Shown here piece after piece: positions 45,901 to 52,815 of a DNA stretch of 64,000 nucleotides. The notes under the pieces are model-generated. The model ran no database searches, was not told where the DNA came from, and saw only the letters and a list, made by a program, of their open reading frames with translations. The position numbers and the translations under genes are program-made. Source of the stretch: Candidatus Kuenenia stuttgartensis (GTDB lineage Bacteria > Planctomycetota > GCA-002687715 > CAIWVZ01); NCBI GenBank assembly GCA_945860915.1, contig CAMARR010000009.1, positions 41,034 through 105,033 on the forward strand, given 5' to 3'. Each line of letters opens with the position of its first letter. Positions within the stretch are counted from its first letter, which is position 1.

Positions 45901-48742
45901 CCGTCGCACTCTCGGTATGCCGAAGCATGGCATGGTAGGGCCCGGAGAAAATGAGCTGCCCGCCTCCGCGCCCACCTTCGGGCCCCATGTCGATGATCCA
46001 GTCGGCACTCGCAATCACGTCGAGATGGTGCTCGATGACCACTACGGAGTTTCCTGCATCCACGAGCGCGTGCAGCGCCTCGAGAAGGCGGCGCACATCG
46101 ACGAAGTGCAACCCGGTCGTCGGCTCGTCTAGAACGTAGATGGTCCGTCCGGTGGGTGGTCTCTGAAGTTGACTCGCGAGCTTGACGCGTTGAGCTTCTC
46201 CTCCGGACAACGTCGTCGAAGGCTGTCCTAGGGCGACATATCCTAGTCCGACTTTCGACAACATCTCAAGACCACGACGAATCTTCGGGTGATTTCCGAA
46301 GAACGCTAGGGCCTCGTCAATCGTCATTTCGAGGACATCGGTGATCGACTTCTCGCGATACTGGATTTCAAGAGTCTCGGGATTGAATCGCCGTCCCTCA
46401 CATAAGTCGCAAGGAACCTCGACGTCGGCGAGAAACTGCATCTCGACAACTTTGACTCCAGCTCCCCCACAGGTTTCACATCGACCACCCTTTACGTTGA
46501 AGGAGAAACGCCCCGGCGCATAGCCGCGCGCCTTGGCCTCCGGGAGTTCCGAGAACAATCCGCGAATTTCATCGAAGATCTTGGTGTAGGTCGCGGGATT
46601 CGACCTCGGAGTCCGGCCAATGGGAGACTGATCAATTTCGATGACCTTGTCGAGGTGCTCGACACCGTCAATTCCGTCGTGCTCACCGGGAGTGTCCTCG
46701 GCTCGATGCAGGGTGTGAGCAAGCGACTTCCGGAGAATGTCATTGATGAGCGTGCTCTTGCCAGACCCAGAGACACCTGTCACTGCGACGAGGACCCCGA
46801 GCGGGATCGGGACATCAATGTCCTTGAGGTTGTTGGCGCGGGCGCCCCGAACAACCAATCGCTTCTCTCCCGCGACGCGTCGCACTGCTGGAGGCGTGAT
46901 GGCCTCACGCCCCGACAGGAATGCGCCGGTGATGCTCCGAGGCGCGTTCATGACGGCGGCTAGGTCGCCTGCCGCGACGATTTCGCCGCCATTGCGGCCA
47001 GCACCGGGTCCAACGTCTACGACCCAATCGGAGGCTTCCATCGTCTCGCGGTCATGCTCAACGACAATCACCGTATTGCCCACGTCGCGCAATCGCTCGA
47101 GAGTATCGATCAAGCGCCTGTTGTCACGCTGATGGAGGCCGATAGACGGTTCATCGAGAACATACAGAATTCCACGCAACCCGGCGCCAACCTGAGTTGC
47201 CAATCGGATGCGTTGAGACTCGCCGCCCGACAGCGTCGACACTCCTCGATCCATCGAAAGGTAGCCAAGTCCCACGTTGGTTAGAAACCGCAGCCGAGCC
47301 TTGATCTCTTTAAGAATCGGATCGCCGACAGGAGCCTCGCGCGAATCAAACTGAAGCGTTGCAAAGAACTCCGTTAGGTCCTCGACGGTGAGTCGCCCCA
47401 AATCGCCGATGTGGCGTCCTCGGAAGCTGACGGCTAGCGCCTCCTTGCGCAAACGCGTACCAAGACAGTCCGTGCACGGGGTCTCGGCCATGTACGCTTT
47501 GATGGACTGTCCCTTCAATCGTGCGTACACAGCGCGCAGAATCGGCATGATTCCTCGCCACGGCTTGCGCTCAACGCTACGGACCTTCAGGCGCTCTCCG
47601 TCGATCGAGCGCTGGAAGGTAATGGGGGTGTCGGGATCACCCTGCAAGATCACCTTCCGCTGCTTTTCCGTGAGTTTGCGCCAAGGGACATCCCACGGGA
47701 CATTCAGCCCTTCGCAGACGGCTTCGAGAATATCCGCTCCCATATGGTGACGCAGCGACCACGATGCGCCATGACTTGGTGCAATGGCCCCCTGGGCGAG
47801 ACTCAAGGTGGTGTCGGGAATAACGAGCCTCGGATCAACGTCCTCGCGTTCTCCCAAGCCGTCGCACGATGGACATGCCCCATGCGGACTATTGAACGAA
47901 AACGTTCGCGGTTCCATCTCAGGGAGACTGACGTCGCAATCAGGACAGGCTGCTCGCGACGAAAATGACTCCGGGACGCCATCATCGGTCTCAAGAACTC
48001 CGACGACACCGCCACCGAGTTTGAGTCCGTTTTCGACCGCCTCGGCGAGACGTGAACGGCGTTCCTCTTCGATCTTGATGCGATCGAGGACAACTTCGAT
48101 CGTGTGACGTTCGAACCGCGCAAGTTCAATCGGTTCGTCGAGTCGCCGAACGAGTCCGTCGATGCGCGCACGGACGTACCCTTTCATCCGCAGTTCCTCG
48201 AGTTCCTTGCGGTACTCGCCCTTGCGGTCCTTCACGATGGGCGCCAGCACCATGACGGATTTACCAGCGCGGCTCGCCATCACTCGGTCGGTGATGCGGT
48301 CCGATGTTTGGGCCGCCACCGGCTTCCCACAGGAGGGGCAGTGAGGTGTGCCCATGCGGGCGAACATGAGGCGCAGGTGATCGTGGATCTCGGTGACTGT
48401 GCCAACCGTCGACCGTGGGCTCCGATTGACGGTCTTCTGATCGATTGAAATCGTCGGGGATAATCCCTCAATATGCTCCACTTTGGGCTTCTCGGTCCGG
48501 CCCAAAAACTGGCGCGCATAGGAAGAGAGCGATTCGACGAAACGACGCTGTCCCTCCTGGAAAATCGTGTCAAAGGCCAAGGATGACTTCCCGGACCCCG
48601 AGACACCCGTCATCGCGATCAACGCCCCACGAGGCAGACGGATGTCCACCCCTTTCAGGTTGTGTTCACGCGCACCAATGACCACGATCTCGCGCTGAGA
48701 GTTCTTCAACGGTCCACCTAGAGGGAATCTGCGGCGCCACAC
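42914..48742 (-). CDS. tandem UvrA-UvrA fusion protein (two complete excinuclease ABC subunit A units in one 1942-aa chain)
   Basis: GTG start. Four Walker A motifs (GVSGSGKSS, GVSGSGKST, GPSGSGKTS, GVSGSGKSS) and four LSGGE signature motifs. Each unit has the UvrA zinc modules (unit 1 CPSC..CPDC, CPSCDG, CETCGG..CDLCEG; unit 2 CPTC..CVEC, CETCHG, CEACDG..CDACRG). The junction is near nt 45850-45900 (PPEQKKKGVREVRDTAIDGDIILKGARLHNLK). Confidence 0.9.
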   Translation of the reverse strand: MWRRRFPLGGPLKNSQREIVVIGAREHNLKGVDIRLPRGALIAMTGVSGSGKSSLAFDTIFQEGQRRFVESLSSYARQFLGRTEKPKVEHIEGLSPTISIDQKTVNRSPRSTVGTVTEIHDHLRLMFARMGTPHCPSCGKPVAAQTSDRITDRVMASRAGKSVMVLAPIVKDRKGEYRKELEELRMKGYVRARIDGLVRRLDEPIELARFERHTIEVVLDRIKIEEERRSRLAEAVENGLKLGGGVVGVLETDDGVPESFSSRAACPDCDVSLPEMEPRTFSFNSPHGACPSCDGLGEREDVDPRLVIPDTTLSLAQGAIAPSHGASWSLRHHMGADILEAVCEGLNVPWDVPWRKLTEKQRKVILQGDPDTPITFQRSIDGERLKVRSVERKPWRGIMPILRAVYARLKGQSIKAYMAETPCTDCLGTRLRKEALAVSFRGRHIGDLGRLTVEDLTEFFATLQFDSREAPVGDPILKEIKARLRFLTNVGLGYLSMDRGVSTLSGGESQRIRLATQVGAGLRGILYVLDEPSIGLHQRDNRRLIDTLERLRDVGNTVIVVEHDRETMEASDWVVDVGPGAGRNGGEIVAAGDLAAVMNAPRSITGAFLSGREAITPPAVRRVAGEKRLVVRGARANNLKDIDVPIPLGVLVAVTGVSGSGKSTLINDILRKSLAHTLHRAEDTPGEHDGIDGVEHLDKVIEIDQSPIGRTPRSNPATYTKIFDEIRGLFSELPEAKARGYAPGRFSFNVKGGRCETCGGAGVKVVEMQFLADVEVPCDLCEGRRFNPETLEIQYREKSITDVLEMTIDEALAFFGNHPKIRRGLEMLSKVGLGYVALGQPSTTLSGGEAQRVKLASQLQRPPTGRTIYVLDEPTTGLHFVDVRRLLEALHALVDAGNSVVVIEHHLDVIASADWIIDMGPEGGRGGGQLIFSGPYHAMLRHTESATAAMLREAICPPEQKKKGVREVRDTAIDGDIILKGARLHNLKNIDVSFPAGRMTVVTGPSGSGKTSLVFDTLFAEGQRRFVECLSTYARQFLGRMDRPPIDSLEGLAPAIAIDQKNASRNPRSTVSTTTEIHDYFRLLWSRVGVPHCPTCSKEARSWSPDRVVKSLMTSSGVKGRILSPLYMKGSPLGLAAKKPSDVVALVKPAVEAGFMRLQVDGSEVRLDEKLPSFAKAKEVFLVIDRAVISEKGKSRLLDSFAQAFHQGRGYAAFESTDDKRSWFALRPACVECGFILGDDLTPRHFSFNSHSGACETCHGLGVELSCNTDLLIANPDRPLFDGALIEKPGDFLARSDGWFRGVVERLAKARGVNLKKPWSALPAAFKKAVLKGSEDPLDVTFASKSETSESSWSVTTKWKGFCAYIEEWFSTSEDEEWREILGRVMRSERCRSCNGERLKPAYRSVRFASRVLADVSSMTVEGAASWFETLVLDANESIIAEQPLREVRNRLKFLKDVGLGYLELSRGAGTLSGGEAQRIRLATQIGNRLTGVIYVLDEPTIGLHPRDSDRLISTLEGLRDLGNTVVMVEHDRDTIERADHVIDIGPGAGKHGGAVVFTGTPRQLIDEADTLTGRYLRGTESIRRPAERLVGNGNKLILENVTANNLKGIDVEIPLGVLVAVTGVSGSGKSSLVMDTLAPALAQSTGRRRVKLEGLGGLRGAEHIEDCIVVDQAPIGSSPKSNPASYTKVFDEIRAIFAEVPLARQRGYGPGRFSFNVGAGRCEACDGRGSIKVEMHFLPDVWIVCDACRGKRYNAETLAVEFKGKTIADVLCLEVSEAVAFFANHRRVAGPMQLLEDVGLGYIELGQSATTLSGGEAQRIKLARELARRSSGRTLYLLDEPTTGLHMDDVAKLVVVLRRLVEAGNTVLVIEHNMDVIRACDHVIDLGPEGGHAGGYVVACGTPEDIAQNPNSHTGRFLVDPKVTPVKVRPKQRHGRGANKS

Positions 48743-48800
48743 CTGGGATCCCGACCCACCATCGTGAATCGTGAGATGCTACAAGATCCGCGAGGCCGCG

Positions 48801-51731
48801 TCACTTTGATTCGGGAGGCAAAACCGGCGCGTCCATCACCACGCTCCGGAGGACCGTCCCGGGCGGAAGTCGAAGATCGATGCCTGGATTCGCTCCGATT
48901 ACCGGGAGTCCAGATGCCCGTAGAACGGCATCGCCTATGCGCAGCCTCGTCAGTGCAGGGTCCTTGCCGGCGTCCATGCGGATGGTCACAGGCATTCCCC
49001 GCGCCGGAATGACGAAAGGATCACCCCTTTGGAGCACATTGGATCGCAAGTCCTTCCAAGAGATTCCTGCGACCGCCCCCTTCGCCACGGTTCGCACGGC
49101 GACCAAGTGCTTCTCCAAACCATGAAGTGACATTCCGGCGAATGGAGCGCCATCACGAAGCTCGCCAATCAGGAGCGCGCTATACCCGCCGCATCGCAAC
49201 GCAAAAAACGGAAACGCAACTTCTGCGGGAGGCATCTCGAATGTCACTTCGACCGATACTGCCGCGTCTCTTACCGGGTCGGGCAACGGAATGCGCAATG
49301 CAGGCGCCTCTTCCGGAATCAACGCCAGATCGCCCCAGCGGCCGGGCCACAAGAGACCCGTCGCAGTGGTGGTCGCACCATCGGGGAGCACGACACCATC
49401 GCGCGCGCCGCCCTCCTTGAAATCGAATTCTAGGCGCACCCGACCGGTCGCCACGTCAATGTGCGTCGCGGCACGTCCGAAGGGCCGCAGACGCGAGCCC
49501 CTTGCTTCGAGATCCCTTGCCCGAGTGGCCAAAGCGACGATCTCGTCGCGATGCTCCTTGAGAAACGAGGTTCCCGCGAGCACCGGCCGCGTGAGCAGTC
49601 CTGCCGCCGCCTCGGCCGCGGCAAGATAGGCGCCCGAATCCAGCAGCCGTCGAGCCGATAGGAGCGACGACATCGCCTCCTTTTCGAAAGCAGTTCGGTA
49701 GTTTGATGTCGCGCCGGCAATCCCGGCTTCGACAAGACTCGCGACCGCCTCTCGCACGACACCGACCGCCGCGTCTTTCAGACGATCACGGGCAGCGAGA
49801 TCATCACCATCCCAATGAAGGAGAAGCGCCACGGCGACGGGGTCAGGCGTCCTTCCGAACAGGGCGAGCCCAGCCTCCGCGTTGACTGCGGACAGATCCT
49901 CGGGACTCCATGTCTCTTCAAGTCCGTCGGTGGTTTTTCTGAACACGAGTAAACCGCCGCGTCGTCCGATCAACTCACGCGGGGTCGGCAACGCCCCGGG
50001 TGCGCCGGACTTGCGTGACACCAAAGTCATCATTGATTTTGGAGGAACGCCATTTCCGACGGCCTGAATCCAAGCGTCTCGCATAGAGGCGGCCTCCTCG
50101 GCGCGCATAAGCAATGCGACCGCAATTGCCCTCGACGACATCGTCTCCTCGAGGGGGCCCGCCGCTTCTGCTCGTGCAATTCCACTTCGTATGGCCGCGA
50201 TGATCGCGCCCCGCCGCGCAGTATCGACGGGCCTCTCTCCTCGGGCGAGAACCGAGGGAAGCCCATCGAGAACTGCTGCGAGTCCCACGGCAGCTTCACG
50301 CACGGATTCTCTCAGGTTTCCAAGTCGAGCCACTGCTCCCGGCACGCGCTCGTCATCGGTAATCGACGTAAGCCGACGCTCCGCGGCCCGGGCCTCCGCG
50401 AGTTTCCCTTCTCCAAGAAGCGTCCTCACCTGTAGCAGCGCTGTAGTAAATGAGCCAATTGCGGACTCGGCGAGGGCGGACTCGGCCCGTCGGCGGGCAG
50501 TATCGACCCTTCGCCGACGCACGACTCCCGCGTCGTCAGGCAAGGACGCCGTGATCGCGTCAAGCCTCGATGTTAAATCGTGAGCCTTCCACGTCGGAGC
50601 CTGCGGGTTCGTCACGAGACCATCCAATCGAACGACAGTCTCCTCAACCCAGTCATCGAGGATTGCGGCGCGATCTCCCGGCTCCGCCTCGTCGGCTCGC
50701 GATTCGGGTGCCGCTCGCGAGTCCGGAACCGCTTGCATGGACGTCGGCCCGGCCAAAGGCGCAGACTTCGGAGCGATGCTCGGTTTGGGATCGACTCGAG
50801 GGCGATTCCATGGCGACCACCACACGAGGCCGGCGACGACCGCTAGCGTCGTTGCGACCGCTGCGATTCGCCGTCGCCGTCCGGCGGGCGACAGAATCGT
50901 CTTCCCCTCGAGGGCCCCGCGCAACGCCTCGGCCATCATGAGGGCTTCGGGAAACCGATCGGAAGGGTTTTTTGCGAGCGCCCGGGTCACAACCGCAATG
51001 AATGCCCTCGGGACATGCGGAACGATGTCGCTTAACGGCCGGGGAGAGTCGTAAAGAAGGTGCGTGAGGGTTTCGGCAACTGTCGCGCCCCCGAAGGGCG
51101 GAACGCCCGACACCGCCGCGTAGAGCGTGGCTCCGAGGCTAAAGAGATCCGCTCGCCCATCCACTGCCTGTGGGTGGAGTGCCTGCTCCGGCGCCATGTA
51201 GCGAGGCGTCCCGACAGTACCCCCTTCGTGGGTCATCTTCGGGTCGCTCTCGCGACGTGCCATCCCGAGATCGAGGACCCGAGTGCGACCATCGGGGCCG
51301 ACAATGAGGTTCGATGGTTTAAGGTCTCGATGCACGACGCCTCGTATGTGAGCGTGCGCGAGTGCGTCGAGAACATCGAGCGCCAACCCTACAGCCCGTC
51401 TCCAAGGCAGTCGGCGCTCGGCCTTCAGCACGTCCTCGAGAGTCTTCCCCTCGACAAGCTCCATAGCGAACCAGCAGAGCGGTCCGGCCTCGCCGGCATC
51501 GATCCCGCGCGCGATCAGCGGATGATCCAAGGCACCCGCAGTCCGCGCTTCGCGGAACAGCCTCAGCGCACGACGTCGCCCTTCGGGACCCTCTGAATCG
51601 AGCACCTTGAGCGCAACAAGACGGCCGAGCGCAACTTGAGTGGCCCGATACACGGTCGCGCTCGCACCCTTCCCGAGCACCGCTTCAATGCGGAATCCTG
51701 GAATGTCGGGAAAGGGGTGCGAAGTCGTCAT
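48801..51731 (-). CDS. membrane Ser/Thr protein kinase with large non-cytoplasmic C-terminal region
   Basis: The track ORF runs to 51767. I prefer ATG 51731 (MTTSHPF), 5 nt after the upstream stop. Hanks motifs GKGASATVY, VALKVL, HRDLKPSNL, DLGMAR and GTPRYMAPE. One TM helix (IAAVATTLAVVAGLVWW) is followed by ~650 aa with no motif I recognise. Confidence 0.85.
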   Translation of the reverse strand: MTTSHPFPDIPGFRIEAVLGKGASATVYRATQVALGRLVALKVLDSEGPEGRRRALRLFREARTAGALDHPLIARGIDAGEAGPLCWFAMELVEGKTLEDVLKAERRLPWRRAVGLALDVLDALAHAHIRGVVHRDLKPSNLIVGPDGRTRVLDLGMARRESDPKMTHEGGTVGTPRYMAPEQALHPQAVDGRADLFSLGATLYAAVSGVPPFGGATVAETLTHLLYDSPRPLSDIVPHVPRAFIAVVTRALAKNPSDRFPEALMMAEALRGALEGKTILSPAGRRRRIAAVATTLAVVAGLVWWSPWNRPRVDPKPSIAPKSAPLAGPTSMQAVPDSRAAPESRADEAEPGDRAAILDDWVEETVVRLDGLVTNPQAPTWKAHDLTSRLDAITASLPDDAGVVRRRRVDTARRRAESALAESAIGSFTTALLQVRTLLGEGKLAEARAAERRLTSITDDERVPGAVARLGNLRESVREAAVGLAAVLDGLPSVLARGERPVDTARRGAIIAAIRSGIARAEAAGPLEETMSSRAIAVALLMRAEEAASMRDAWIQAVGNGVPPKSMMTLVSRKSGAPGALPTPRELIGRRGGLLVFRKTTDGLEETWSPEDLSAVNAEAGLALFGRTPDPVAVALLLHWDGDDLAARDRLKDAAVGVVREAVASLVEAGIAGATSNYRTAFEKEAMSSLLSARRLLDSGAYLAAAEAAAGLLTRPVLAGTSFLKEHRDEIVALATRARDLEARGSRLRPFGRAATHIDVATGRVRLEFDFKEGGARDGVVLPDGATTTATGLLWPGRWGDLALIPEEAPALRIPLPDPVRDAAVSVEVTFEMPPAEVAFPFFALRCGGYSALLIGELRDGAPFAGMSLHGLEKHLVAVRTVAKGAVAGISWKDLRSNVLQRGDPFVIPARGMPVTIRMDAGKDPALTRLRIGDAVLRASGLPVIGANPGIDLRLPPGTVLRSVVMDAPVLPPESK

Positions 51732-51736
51732 CTTCC

Positions 51737-52804
51737 TTAGTACTTCGCCATCACATACGCACGCCACTGTTCTTCGAATCCAGCGACTTCGACTCCGAAC
51801 ACTTCGAGAATCGCTTTCTCCTGAGCCGCTGTTTTCGCGGGCGTGTGTTCATAAACAACGGCCGCCGGCCAGAGACGTTTGACCGCCCCGATGAAGGCGC
51901 CGACCTTGCCAGGTCCTAGGCTCGCCATGTAGTCGATCATCGACCATGCCTTGCCGACTTCACCTGCGCCAAGCTCCGAAAGTTGCAAGGGAATGAAGTT
52001 CGCGAACGTCTTCAGTTGTCGCGACTTTGCAGCGGCTTTCACTGCGGTCTTCCATTTGGCGAACTGCAGGTCCGACAATTTTTCCAGTACCGCACCCGCA
52101 TCTGCGGCTCCGTAACGCTGCGCGCCGCCGGGCGAGAAGCAATAGCAGTTGGTGATGCCAAACACCCTCGCTTCGAGATAGGCGCCCATTCCTTCGCAAA
52201 GCCACGGTGGCGAGTAGTTCGAATTGAACTTGTACCGCTGGACGCAAAGATGCCCCGTCTCGTGTGCAGCAACATGCGCAAGTCCGACTGCATCCGAGGG
52301 CTTAAGATGCATGCCGATTAAACATCGCGGCGAATCGAACGGGAAGTAGGTCGAATTCGCCACCGCATCGCCCATTCCTGGGCGCCCCTTCGCCTTCTCA
52401 TACCAGTACCCAAGTTTCTTGTAGGATTCGGCCCCCGGCAGAATGACAAGGAGCGGCTTCTTGATGCCGAACATTTCCGCCGGGCCAGACACACCTGAGA
52501 TCTCCTTGAAGACTGCGAATGCCTTCTCGGCGCCATCGACAACAATCAATGTCTCATCTCGTGAGAGCGACGATGCGCAGTCGAAGACAGGGTGTTCAGA
52601 TGCCGACAGGCGCGCGCCGGTAGCCGCCGCAATTGAAGCGACTTCCTCTTCCAGCTCTTTCGCTATAGGCGGGGGCGGGGGTGGAGGAGCCGGCTTCGAC
52701 GCTAGTCCCTTGCCGACTGGAGGCTTCGTCTTCGGATCGGGCTTCTTGGGCGTTTGGGCAAGGACACCGCTTGCGAAGCTCGCAAGAACGACGAGCAGTG
52801 CCAT
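51737..52804 (-). CDS. secreted HExxH (gluzincin/MA-clan-like, DUF1570-reminiscent) protein
   Basis: The track ORF starts at TTG 52819. ATG 52804 gives the signal peptide MALLVVLASFASGVLAQ, followed by a Pro/Lys-rich linker. HVAAHETGHL with a downstream Glu (WLCEGMGAYLE). Confidence 0.55.
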   Translation of the reverse strand: MALLVVLASFASGVLAQTPKKPDPKTKPPVGKGLASKPAPPPPPPPIAKELEEEVASIAAATGARLSASEHPVFDCASSLSRDETLIVVDGAEKAFAVFKEISGVSGPAEMFGIKKPLLVILPGAESYKKLGYWYEKAKGRPGMGDAVANSTYFPFDSPRCLIGMHLKPSDAVGLAHVAAHETGHLCVQRYKFNSNYSPPWLCEGMGAYLEARVFGITNCYCFSPGGAQRYGAADAGAVLEKLSDLQFAKWKTAVKAAAKSRQLKTFANFIPLQLSELGAGEVGKAWSMIDYMASLGPGKVGAFIGAVKRLWPAAVVYEHTPAKTAAQEKAILEVFGVEVAGFEEQWRAYVMAKY

Positions 52805-52815
52805 GGTGCGATGGG

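Noticed and set aside
42914-48742. The double UvrA, considered as an assembly artefact (collapsed or duplicated repeat) or as two adjacent genes.
   Set aside because: The reading frame is continuous across the junction. The two halves differ substantially at both the nucleotide and protein level, so a duplicated-read artefact is unlikely. Read-level confirmation is still advisable.
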